Assembly: GCA_963674755.2 (NCBI GenBank)
Contig: CAXXVS010000003.1
Span: 1,632,001 to 1,696,000, forward strand
Direction of reading: 5' to 3'
Source of the DNA: Desulfobacterales bacterium
GTDB lineage: Bacteria > Desulfobacterota > Desulfobacteria > Desulfobacterales > UBA5852
Length of the DNA: 64,000 bases
The notes beneath the pieces were generated by a model. The model was given only the letters and a program-made list of their open reading frames with translations, searched no databases and was not told the origin of the DNA. How positions within the stretch are numbered: the stretch's first letter is position 1; each line of letters begins with the position of its first letter. Positions 1 to 9,500 of the stretch are shown piece after piece. A program made the translations under genes and the position numbers.

Positions 1-2
1 CT

Positions 3-944
3 TCAGGGAAGGACATAAAAAGTCCGCTCGTCTTTGGCAACCCGCTCCAAACGGTGGGACGCGGCCAGGGTTTCGAGGTGCTTGAGGGCTTCGTTGATAT
101 GCATGCCCAGGCCATCGGCCACATCACCGGCGGTGCAGGGACGGCGGCCGAGCATGGCGATGATGTCGTCTTCGTGGACGGTGTTGCCAGGCGCGATCGA
201 TGGCGCGTGTGAGACGGGCCGGGCGATGATATCCACCGGACACTGAAACAGGGACGCCAGCGCGTGGAGTCGATGGACCGGGACGGCCGCTGCGACGGAT
301 TCCGCCGGGGGGCGGCAGACCGTGTTCAACTGCACCCGGGCGGGCTGGATCTGGTTGACCCAGGCGGCAATTTGTTCGACTTCGGCCTCCGTGTCGCTCA
401 GCCCGGCCAGCAGCAGGACTTCCAGCCAGACCTCCCCGCTGAAGCGATGGGTGAACTCGGCCAAGCCTGTGACCATCCGCTCGAAGGACAGGTCCGGGTG
501 AGGCCGATTGACCTTTTGGAACAGCCGCTCATGGCCGGCGTCCAGGGACGGCAGAACGCGGTCGGCCGTCATGAGGGCCTCCTGGACCTCCTGTTGCCAC
601 AGCAGGGCGCCGTTGGTCAGCACGGCCACCGGGATTGCGGTGCCGGCTTTTATGCCGCGGAGCACTTCGCCGATGGCGCTGTTCAGAGTCGGCTCCCCCG
701 ATCCCGCCAGGCTGATCATATCGGGGGGGTGTTTAGTTTGCAGGGCCTGGCGGCATTCGGCCACCAGAGATGCGGCCGGTACATAAGGCCTTCTTTCAAG
801 CGTCAGATTCGTGGTGCGCCCCAGCTGGCAGTAAATGCAATCGTAGGGGCAGGTTTTAAAGGGTACCAGATCGATTCCCAGGGAGCGTCCCAGCCGCCGG
901 GAAGGCACCGGGCCGTAAACATGTTTGGGAGCATGGGCGGTCAT
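3..944 (-). CDS. Radical SAM protein (TYW1/MJ0907-like) with C-terminal HTH-like segment
   Basis: YGPVPSRRLGRSLGID N-terminus, CPYDCIYC (CxxxCxxC), GSGEPTL; start overlaps the stop of the upstream DUF89 gene by 4 nt. Confidence 0.85.
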   Translation of the reverse strand: MTAHAPKHVYGPVPSRRLGRSLGIDLVPFKTCPYDCIYCQLGRTTNLTLERRPYVPAASLVAECRQALQTKHPPDMISLAGSGEPTLNSAIGEVLRGIKAGTAIPVAVLTNGALLWQQEVQEALMTADRVLPSLDAGHERLFQKVNRPHPDLSFERMVTGLAEFTHRFSGEVWLEVLLLAGLSDTEAEVEQIAAWVNQIQPARVQLNTVCRPPAESVAAAVPVHRLHALASLFQCPVDIIARPVSHAPSIAPGNTVHEDDIIAMLGRRPCTAGDVADGLGMHINEALKHLETLAASHRLERVAKDERTFYVLP

Positions 945-1840
945 AATGCGCTATCTTCTCCTGGTGTTGCGGATGCGCGTTCCCCGAGGGAGAGGGGGCG
1001 CATCAGGATATGGGTGCCTTCGGGCTGGCCGACATGATCGGCAATCACCGCGCATTTGATCTTGAACAGAAAAAAGACGCGCTGATCCGTGTCGTTCAAT
1101 GATTCGAGATTGCCCTGACCCTTGGCAATGACGAGGTCGGCCCGGCGATACTGTGCCCGAAAGGCCGGGCTGCAATCATCCAACAGGGTTCCGGGGGCAT
1201 CCGACCCGTTGTCGATCAGCGCGGCCATTTCATCCAGTCGGGCCGCCCGCGCATCTTCCAGGGTGGCGTCGTTGAGAACGGGTGCCCCGCGAACGGCGAC
1301 CGTTAGGCGGTGGCCGGCCAGCTGCACGAGGAGCAGGCGGTCAAAGACGATTTCACCGGCATTGTCCGCCAGGTACAGGATGGAGCGGGCTTCGTCCAGG
1401 GCCTGCCGGAAGTCGTCGATATCGCCGCTGAAGGGTTCGGCGAGGACATTTCGAAGGGCTTCCCGCACTTCATCCCCGGTGATATCGGCCCGGGCCCCCA
1501 GGTCGATCACATTGCCGGCAATGGCCAGGCGGGTGGCCATGGCCAATGGGTCCCTGGCCTCGCTCACGGCCGCTTCCAGTTGCGGCAGCAGGCGCCAGGC
1601 CAGTTGGTTGTGAAAAGTCTTCAGCGGGCCATAGGGGTCGGCGGCGGCGGTGGCTTCCCGCAAGCGGCGATGAATCTGTTGGGCCAGGGCCGGCGGGGAG
1701 TCCTGCAAATTGATGACGCTGGCCCATTGCAGGATCTCACGGGTGACTCTGAGATGAAAGTCGGGCTCCGGGGACGATCGCCGGGCGGCATCGATGGCCT
1801 GACGGATGAGGCAGGGAATGCAGTCCAGCGCAGTTTTCAT
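941..1840 (-). CDS. DUF89/ARMT1-like damage-control metal-dependent phosphatase
   Basis: DCIPC N-terminus, AIAGNVID, YLADNAGEIVFD, LNDAT, IAKGQGNLESL, KIKC motifs. Confidence 0.88.
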   Translation of the reverse strand: MKTALDCIPCLIRQAIDAARRSSPEPDFHLRVTREILQWASVINLQDSPPALAQQIHRRLREATAAADPYGPLKTFHNQLAWRLLPQLEAAVSEARDPLAMATRLAIAGNVIDLGARADITGDEVREALRNVLAEPFSGDIDDFRQALDEARSILYLADNAGEIVFDRLLLVQLAGHRLTVAVRGAPVLNDATLEDARAARLDEMAALIDNGSDAPGTLLDDCSPAFRAQYRRADLVIAKGQGNLESLNDTDQRVFFLFKIKCAVIADHVGQPEGTHILMRPLSLGERASATPGEDSAL

Positions 1841-1975
1841 GAAGTCTTCCGCCTTTGCTTTTGGTTGGGCAGCGCATGAACCGGTTTGGGCGCGGCCCCG
1901 GACGGCGTCCTGGAATCCAATGGCATCGGGGCCGTTTCGCAGAGGAAGCGGCCCCGATCGTCTACTCGGCTGCTA

Positions 1976-2350
1976 TCATTGATCCGGTGATGAGGGGGTT
2001 TCAATATCTTCAAGGCGTTTTTGGATCCAATCCAGCTCCGCTTGAAGGGTTTTAGCCTGGGTGGCCAGGGCTTGCTTTTCGATTTCAGGATTCGGAGGCG
2101 TATACGCTTCAGGATAACCATACGGCACCTGGTATTCGCCCAAGCGCATTCCTCCCCCGCGTCTGAATGAACGCCCCTGGCGCCCGCCGCCCGCACCAAA
2201 GCCGCGTCCCCCGCCATAGCCCATGCCGCATCCCCATCCGGTGCGCGGATAGGCTTGCCCCCGGCGGGTAGATCCGCCGGCGCAGAATCCGGCCCCGCGG
2301 CCGGTCATGGGGCCCATTCCCATCGGTCCGGTACCATTTCTTCCTGGCAT
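1976..2350 (-). CDS. DUF5320-family Gly/Arg-rich small protein
   Basis: MPGRNGTGPMGMGPMTGRGAGFC start preceded by AGGAGG; C-terminal coiled coil. Confidence 0.82.
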   Translation of the reverse strand: MPGRNGTGPMGMGPMTGRGAGFCAGGSTRRGQAYPRTGWGCGMGYGGGRGFGAGGGRQGRSFRRGGGMRLGEYQVPYGYPEAYTPPNPEIEKQALATQAKTLQAELDWIQKRLEDIETPSSPDQ

Positions 2351-2382
2351 TGTGATATCCTCCTGATGTGCGTTGTTTATGT

Positions 2383-3000
2383 TTATTCTCTTGTCATCGG
2401 GCCCCCGCATTGGGGGCATTTCTGCGTGGTGCAGGGCACGCCCCGTTCATGGGGTTGGCGCTGCCCACACTGGGAGCAGATGCAGAATTCGGCCTGCTGT
2501 GCGCCGGGCGTGCCGCCGACCGGCTGGGAACGTCGACCGCCCCCCTGGCCGCGGCCACCCCGTCCGCGTCCGCCACCGGCCCCGCGGCCCTGATTGGTTC
2601 CATTCATGAGATCATCCTCCTTGTGTACGATATTGTTGCCATGAAACGGACGGCCGCCTCTACGGCGGCATCCGGGCATCCTAAAGGTCTCGCGCTCCAG
2701 CCCGCCCCGGCACCAGGCCTGGATCACCGCAGCCGCCGGGCCGACCACATAGGGAACGACCTGGATGCCATAGCCGGCCACCATGGCCAGCACCGGCCGT
2801 GATATGGCCCCGCAGATCAGGGTGTCGGCCTCCAATTCCACCAACCGCAGGACCTTTTGAATCGGGAGTTCACCTGGCAGAACTTCCATTTTTTCGTCGA
2901 TCCATTGTCCCGCGACCTCGTCCACCAGGAGAATCTCCCGGGCAACATCGAAAACCGGTGCAATACGCTGATTCCATATGCTGACGGCGATTTTCATCAC
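2383..3000 (-). CDS. NifB/NifX-family (FeMo-co-binding, Orp-like) protein with C-terminal Gly-rich and 4-Cys domain
   Basis: MKIAVS..RIAPVFD..LICGAIS..MPGC; tail CICSQCG..PHERGVPC..KCPQCGGPMTRE. Confidence 0.8.
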   Translation of the reverse strand: MMKIAVSIWNQRIAPVFDVAREILLVDEVAGQWIDEKMEVLPGELPIQKVLRLVELEADTLICGAISRPVLAMVAGYGIQVVPYVVGPAAAVIQAWCRGGLERETFRMPGCRRRGGRPFHGNNIVHKEDDLMNGTNQGRGAGGGRGRGGRGQGGGRRSQPVGGTPGAQQAEFCICSQCGQRQPHERGVPCTTQKCPQCGGPMTRE

Positions 3001-3033
3001 AAATCTTTCCCTGTGGTGTTCGCCATAAAGTAC

Positions 3034-3049
3034 AGCATAACATGTGCCA
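3034..3049 (-). promoter_or_regulatory. Sigma-54 (-24/-12) promoter of the Orp-like operon
   Basis: Minus strand TGGCACATGTTATGCT = GG-N10-GC, about 35 nt upstream of the first gene and next to a sigma-54 activator gene. Confidence 0.8.
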
Positions 3050-3136
3050 GGAATTTCACCGGATTATTAAATGATATAACCTACTGTTATAATATTTAAA
3101 TTTATGGATTAAACCGGGGGGTGTGGCGGGAACTAT

Positions 3137-3187
3137 AGATGCAGATATGCAACTGTTATGTCCAAATATAGTTGCAATAATGCTACT
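3137..3187. promoter_or_regulatory. Two 18-bp palindromic upstream activator sites
   Basis: AGATGCA-GATA-TGCAACT (3137-3154) and AGTTGCA-ATAA-TGCTACT (3170-3187), 33 bp apart, about 90-140 bp upstream of the sigma-54 promoter. Confidence 0.65.
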
Positions 3188-4568
3188 CTTTATCGGGGCG
3201 TGAACGGCCGTCTTGTTCTGGCAGCGCTATCCCCAGTTTTTTTATCCGACGGAAGAGGGTGGTTTTATGGATCCCCAGGGCACGTGCGGCGGCTGTGCGA
3301 TTATTGTGGTGCTCGGCCAGCGCGTTACGGATGGTTTGGGCATCGAGCATCGCGTGGGCTTCCTTGACGGTGGATCCGACCGCTTTTTGAAAGGGCGCAC
3401 CGGTGCGCAGCTCCTCGGGGAGGTGGGCCACGTCGATGCGGTCATCGGGGCACATGATAAAGGCCCGTTCGATGGCGTTTTCGAGCTCCCGTACGTTCCC
3501 GGGCCAGCGCTGCGCCATCAGCAGCGAGAGCGCTTCGGCAGTGATGCCCTGCATGGATTTGTCTTGCAGGCGGTTGAGCCTGTCGACGAACTGGTCCACC
3601 AGCAGGGCGATATCTTCCAGGCGCCGGCGCAGGGGCGGCAGTTCGATGCGCACCACATTGATGCGGTAGTAGAGGTCTTCTCGGAAAGCGCCCTTGCGCA
3701 TTTGTTGGGCCAGGTCCCTGTGGGTGGCCACGATGATGCGGGCCGGGGTGGTTTCGGGACGGGTGCTGCCCAGGGGCTCGTAGACCCGTTCCTGGAGAAC
3801 GCGCAGCAGGCGGACTTGCAGAGCCGGGCTGATTTCGCCGATTTCGTCCAGAAAAAGGGTGCCGCGCCCGGCCAGGGCAAATCGTCCGGGTTTGTCTTTG
3901 ACCGCTCCGGTAAAGGCCCCGGCCTTGTAGCCGAAAAGCTCCGATTCCAGGAGGGTTTCGGGCAGGGCCCCGCAGTTGACGGCCACAAAGGGTGCTTCAC
4001 GCCGGGGGCTGAGATCGTGGATGGTGCGGGCCACGAGATCCTTGCCCGTGCCGGTCTCGCCCAGGATCAAGACCGTGCTGGGGCTGGCCGCGATGGCGGG
4101 CAGGGCTTCGAAGACCCGTTGCATCAGGGGGCTGCGGCTGACCAGGTCGCCGACCCGGCTGCGCCCTTCCAGTTCCCGGCGCAGGGCTTCGATTTCGCTC
4201 AGATCGCGGAAGGTTTCGGCCCCCCCGATCACGCGGTCGTCGGCATCCCGCAAGACCGCCGTGGAAATGCTGACCGGGATGCGCCGCCCCTCGGCATCGA
4301 TGATGTAGCCTGTGCGGCCGATGACGGGTTTGCCGGTCGCCAGGGTCTGTCGCAGGGCGCAGTCGGGCCCGCACATGCTGGAGCGGAAGACCTCCGAGCA
4401 GAGACGTCCGATGGCTTCGGCCCGCGCGACACCGGTGATGGTTTCAGCCGCCCGGTTGAAGGAAGAAATGCGCCAGTCAGGGTCGACGGTAAACACCCCG
4501 TCCGAAATGCTTTCCAGAATGGCGTCGGTGGGCGTCGGAGCACGCTTGTCTTTGTTTGGGTCGCTCAT
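3183..4568 (-). CDS. Sigma-54-dependent transcriptional activator (PAS-AAA+-HTH), OrpR-like
   Basis: PAS domain with CX8CX3C, Walker A GETGTGKD, GAFTGA, FLDEIGE, WPGNVREL, Fis-type HTH. Confidence 0.92.
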   Translation of the reverse strand: MSDPNKDKRAPTPTDAILESISDGVFTVDPDWRISSFNRAAETITGVARAEAIGRLCSEVFRSSMCGPDCALRQTLATGKPVIGRTGYIIDAEGRRIPVSISTAVLRDADDRVIGGAETFRDLSEIEALRRELEGRSRVGDLVSRSPLMQRVFEALPAIAASPSTVLILGETGTGKDLVARTIHDLSPRREAPFVAVNCGALPETLLESELFGYKAGAFTGAVKDKPGRFALAGRGTLFLDEIGEISPALQVRLLRVLQERVYEPLGSTRPETTPARIIVATHRDLAQQMRKGAFREDLYYRINVVRIELPPLRRRLEDIALLVDQFVDRLNRLQDKSMQGITAEALSLLMAQRWPGNVRELENAIERAFIMCPDDRIDVAHLPEELRTGAPFQKAVGSTVKEAHAMLDAQTIRNALAEHHNNRTAAARALGIHKTTLFRRIKKLGIALPEQDGRSRPDKE

Positions 4569-4758
4569 GGTCCAATGTCATCGCGGAAAACGCTGGATGC
4601 CGCTTACAGTGTGTGGATAAACGGCGCCTCAGGCCGGAATGCGTTGCTGCCGCCCGCATGCGCGCGGCCGAAGATGCCTCAATAAAGATCGTAGCGGCTA
4701 TTGATCCATTTTTCAAAACCTTTTGCCGCCGGCCGCGGTTTGGGATAAGGATCAGACC

Positions 4759-5955
4759 GTGTCAGCCGCCCCCGCCCATAGGGATTCCCATCCCCAATCG
4801 GCCAGGATTCTTTTCTGGCTGTCCACCTCGGTGGGGGTTACCATGGTGGGCATGGGTATCATCTGGCCCATCATGCCCGTTTATGCCGTTCAGTTGGGGG
4901 CGGGGGGCATCGAGCTGGGCTTCATCATTGCCGCCTTCAACCTGTCCCGCAGCATTTTCAACCCGGTGATCGGGCGGCTCTCCGATCGCCTGGGGCGCAA
5001 ACCCTTCATGCTGGCAGGGCTTTTGGTCTACGCGCTGCTCTCCCTGGCCTATATCCACGCTGCCAGCGTGGCCGGTCTGATCGCGGTCCGCTTCGTTCAC
5101 GGGCTGGCCGCTGTCTGTGTGGCCCCCGTGGCCATGGCGGTGGTGGCGGAGATCGCCCCGGCGCATCGTCTGGGGCGCTACCTTGGCACCCTCAGCATGG
5201 CCCTTATGCTGGGGGTGGGGGCCGGCCCCATGCTGGGAGGCCTTATAAAAGACTGGCTGGGCCTGGATGCGGCCTTCATCTCCATGGGCGGACTGGCCCT
5301 CGTGACCGCCTTCGGCATCATGGTCTTCGTGCCCCCCCTGGCGCGATCGCCGATCGAACGCCGTGTGTCGCTGCGCCTGGGCTTCAGGGCGCTTGGCCAA
5401 CGTCCCCTGCTGTTGACGGTGTTGGTGATTCGCTTTTTTTCGGCCGCCGGTCAGGGGGCGGTCTACACCTTTCTTCCCCTATACGGGACATCCATCGGAA
5501 TTTCCAGCGCCCAGGTGGGCGTTCTGCTGGGGGTCAACATACTGTTGATCGCCCTGCTGCAGCGTCCGGGAGGGAATCTGGCGGACCGTACGCGCCCGGT
5601 TCTCCTGATGGTGGGCGGCATTGCCCTGGCCGGGCTGGCCGTGGCCGGCATTCCGCTGGTGCCCAATTTCAGAGGTGCCCTTGTGATGAACGTCGTGATG
5701 GGGGTGGCCAACGGCGTGGCCGTCCCCGCCGCCCTGGTCCTGGCCGGAAGGGAAGGGCGTGAATTCGGCATGGGGTCGGTCATGGCCCTTTTCGATGCCG
5801 CCCTGAGCCTGGGGTTTATCGTATCCCCCATTCTCCTGGGGCTGGTGTACGACACCCTTGGCATCCAAGCTATTTTTTATGTCGGAGGGGCGATCATTTC
5901 CGGCGGCACGCTGTTGGTCGTGCTCGGATTGTTCATTTTTCGCACGCCTAAATGA
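4759..5955 (+). CDS. MFS transporter (DHA1-like)
   Basis: About 12 hydrophobic segments, motif A GRLSDRLGRK; GTG start chosen after AAGGA (ORF is open from 4723). Confidence 0.88.
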   Translation: MSAAPAHRDSHPQSARILFWLSTSVGVTMVGMGIIWPIMPVYAVQLGAGGIELGFIIAAFNLSRSIFNPVIGRLSDRLGRKPFMLAGLLVYALLSLAYIHAASVAGLIAVRFVHGLAAVCVAPVAMAVVAEIAPAHRLGRYLGTLSMALMLGVGAGPMLGGLIKDWLGLDAAFISMGGLALVTAFGIMVFVPPLARSPIERRVSLRLGFRALGQRPLLLTVLVIRFFSAAGQGAVYTFLPLYGTSIGISSAQVGVLLGVNILLIALLQRPGGNLADRTRPVLLMVGGIALAGLAVAGIPLVPNFRGALVMNVVMGVANGVAVPAALVLAGREGREFGMGSVMALFDAALSLGFIVSPILLGLVYDTLGIQAIFYVGGAIISGGTLLVVLGLFIFRTPK

Positions 5956-6307
5956 CTTCTTTCTCCCAAGGGAAAAGAATAAACGCCCGGTCGCTTCCTA
6001 TATATAGAGAATCTATTTCCTATTTTTAAAATTTAGTGACGGCCTTAAATGATATAATCATCTGTTATAATAATAAAAATATGTGGTAATGAGCATTTGG
6101 AATAAAACTTGCTTTGACTGATGCCGTATAGTAAAAGAAGCAATTCCTTCCAGACCTGCAGAGAGTTGCGGCCCGGCACCATTAATTGGGCCAGAACCTA
6201 TATAGCCGTTTCCGTCGACTTGGATTCTCCTGAGTTCAGCATTCATCGCTAGCGCTTGTTCGTTTTCGAGGTTTTTATGATACGGACCGTTGCTCTCACA
6301 CCTGCCT

Positions 6308-6353
6308 AAGCCCCCTCATGTGCGTCATATGCCCGTGAGGGGGCTTTCATTTT
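6308..6353 (+). terminator. Strong hairpin with U-rich tail directly upstream of the riboswitch
   Basis: AAGCCCCCTCA...TGAGGGGGCTT followed by TCATTTT. Confidence 0.55.
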
Positions 6354-6465
6354 AAGGCCAAACCCTTTGTGAAAGGGGGGCGGAAAGCCGCGGATCTTTT
6401 ATCCTCCGGGTCGCGTCCACGACCTGCCGATCATCCCAAAAGACAGCCGGGCTGCCGAGCGTGAC
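6346..6465 (+). ncRNA. Cyclic-di-GMP-I (GEMM) riboswitch aptamer
   Basis: GGCCAAACCCTTT-GTGA-AAGGGG (P2 with GNRA loop), GGCGGAAAGCCGCGGATCT...AGACAGCCGGGCTGCCGA (P3 and junction); matches the deltaproteobacterial GEMM-I pattern. Confidence 0.85.
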
Positions 6466-6506
6466 ATCGTCAAGGTCACCCCGATGGCAGACCGGTTGTT
6501 TTGTTT
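6444..6506 (+). terminator. Riboswitch expression-platform terminator
   Basis: CAGCCGG-G-CTGCC (aptamer 3' strand) pairs with GGCAG-A-CCGGTTG, followed by TTTTGTTT. Confidence 0.7.
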
Positions 6507-6556
6507 CAGGCTGATTTCATCACACACGTATCCACCCACCAACACTTGGGGGAATC

Positions 6557-9500
6557 ATGTTGAATCGGGTATTCACCGCATCGTCGCGCTGGTTGCCGGT
6601 ATGTTTAAGGAGAGATTTCCGGAGGCAGGCCTCTTCCGTCGCTCTTATCGGCATCTTGTCGGGTATCGGGTTCATGGCAGGCGGTCTGTTGCCAGTGCCC
6701 TTGGTGCGGGCCGATGATGAGATTTCCGTTACCGTTGTCACGGGAACCGCTGCCGGAGACGCGATGACAATTGCCGATCCGATTGACGCCCAGGCGGGTC
6801 TCCTGACGGATGAAAGCGAAAAGATTGCGGCTTCGGCCACCGCCCTCGACGCCCAGGCGGGCAACGATACGGTTTTCAGTGGATCCGCCGTAGCGGCGCA
6901 TTCAGATGCAACCGCATTGCTCCTGCAGATCCTGGATGCCAAAACCCAGGCCTTGGCCAAGAGCTTAGGGCTTGTAGCAGGGGATGGCGACGATATGGTC
7001 ACCAACAGTGGATCGGTGACCGTTGACGCGGTGTCGGACGGGGCCTATGCTGGTGGACTTCTGTTCGATATCGGTGACCGCGATGATGAGGACCGCAAGA
7101 TCGATATCTCCTTGAGCACCGAGGCCGGATCGACGGCCATCGATACCGGCGACGGTGATGACACGGTCGATAATGAGGCTATCCTGGACGCCGATGCCGT
7201 AGCGATCAGCGGCGGAACGGCGGATCAACTGACGGCCGAGCTCGAAGATTCACTGTCACTGACCGCGCAATCTTCGGCCAAGGCCGAAACCACCGGCATT
7301 TCCTCCGGCGACGGTGATGACAACATCAACAATTCATCCACGATCTCTACCGTGGCCACGGCCACTAGCGGCGCATTGGGTTTGGATCTTTCGGCGGGGG
7401 AAAATGCCGAGGGTGACAAGGCCAAACTAGAACTGGAGGTCTCGGCGAAGGCCGAGGCGATGGCGATCGGCATTCAATCCGATGGGGACGATCCTGCCGA
7501 GGAAGATAAAGATGCCTCCCCCTTTGGGCTGGACGGACTGCGCGTCACGTATACCAAAGAAACAACAGCCGAGAGTGGTTCGGACGACATTGTCAATCGT
7601 GCGGATATAGAATCCGTGGCCACGGCCACCAGCGGTGCCGGAGCGGCATCCATTGATATCGGTATAGACGGCGCGGTCCAGATCAAAGCCAACGCCGAAG
7701 CCAAGGCGGAGAGCATCGGCATCGCGGCCGGCGCGGCCGGGGATTCCATTTTCAACCATGGTCATTTGAGCGCCACCGCAACGGCCACGGTGGGCGCCTT
7801 GAGTGCGTCTTTTCAAGTCGGTGAGGCCTCCACGGACGGAGACACCTCATCGGAAAACAATACCAGCAGTCAAAGTGATGCCAAGGCCACGGCCCGCGCG
7901 GTCGGAATAGCGTCCGACGGCGAAGGCCAGTTCAAATCGGTATCGGCCTCGGCGGAGATCAGCGATACGGCTCTGGTGAGCCATTATGCGCAGACGGAAG
8001 GCACCCTGAGCGCGGCCGATCAGCTCACCAACGAGGGTGCTATCACGACCGTGGCGACGGCGACTTCGGGCAGCGCGGGGGCCGCCATCGACATCATGGC
8101 GGGCGGATCGATGGCATCCCAAGCCAATGCCGAAGCCACATCCGAGGCGGTGGCGATTTTTACCGGGGGCGGAGACGACACGGTCAGCAATACGGGTGCC
8201 CTGGATGCGGTGGCCACATCCACGGCCGACGCCATCAGTGTCGGACTTGCGGCGGCGGAATCCCAGGACGACGATAGCGGCGATGATGCAGATGAGAGCG
8301 GCAGCGTAAAAAGCGAAAGTGGATCCAAAGCCACGGCAACGGCCAAGGGTATCGACACCGAAGGGGAGGCCCAGTCGAAAAGCCTGGAAGTGGACCTGGC
8401 CATCAGCCGATCGGGGATTACAGCCGGGTTTGAATACCGCCGGGAAGCGGCTTCCGGCAGCGACACGGTGGACAATCAGGGAACGATTTCGGCCGTATCG
8501 ACGGCCACCTCGGGCAGCGGGAGTGCCGCCATCGACATCATGGCCGGTGGATCGGTGGAATCCAAAGCCAACGCCGAAGCCAACGCCGAATCGGTGGCTA
8601 TTTTTACCGGGGGCGGGGACGACACCGTCACCAATACTGAAACAGGCGAGCTGGATGCGGTGGCCACCGCATCCGCCGGGGCGGTGGGCGTCACTGTGGG
8701 CGTCTCCGATTCTTCCGACCAGGATGATGATGGGGGAATTATAAACAACCTGCGGGAGCGCTTCTGGCCGACCGTCCACAGCGAGGCGAATGCGACCGCC
8801 ACGGCTACGGCTACGGGCATCGATGCGGAAGGCACGGCCGAGGATACATCCTTCGCTGTCGATGGTTCCCTCGATCGGCAGGGCCTGGCCCTGAATTTGG
8901 CTTACGGGGAAAGCCAGGCCAGCGGCAATGACCGGGTTGAAAACGATGGCGCCATCACGGCCGTTGCCACCGCCACCAGCGGAGCCGGCAGTGTAGATGT
9001 CCAGGTGAATTCCGACGGCACGGCCGCGGCGGAGGCCAATTCAACGGCCACGGCCCGGGCGGATGCCATCCGGACCGGCAGCGGCGATGACCGGGTGGAC
9101 AACGAAGGTGCCCTATCGGCCGTGGCGACCGCCACCGCGGGCGCCCTGAGCGTCGGTGTCGCCCATGCGGAGGGCGACGACACCAAAGCCCGGGTGGAAG
9201 CCAAAGCCACCAGTACGGCCAAGGCCAACGGTATCGATACCGAGGGGGACAGCGATTCCCGCGCAGTGGTGTTCGACCTGGGCCTCTCCCGGGAGGGCCT
9301 GCACGTCCATTACAATGACACCCGAACAGCGGCCAGCGGCAACGACGTCGTGGTAAACCAGGCCGGGGTGACAGCTGTTGCCACGGCCAGCAGCGGTGCG
9401 GCAGCCGTTCCCGTGAGCATCGACGGGTCCGCGGCGGCGGACGTCACCTCCAAGGCCACTTCCGGCGCCGCAGCCATCTCCACCGGCGGCGGCCGGGACG

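Noticed and set aside
3213..4685. 490-aa plus-strand ORF
   Set aside because: Antisense to the clear sigma-54 activator; no recognisable domain
6150..6306. 6S RNA assignment for the long stem
   Set aside because: Size is comparable but the central bubble and conserved motifs are not recognisable; left as an unassigned structured RNA
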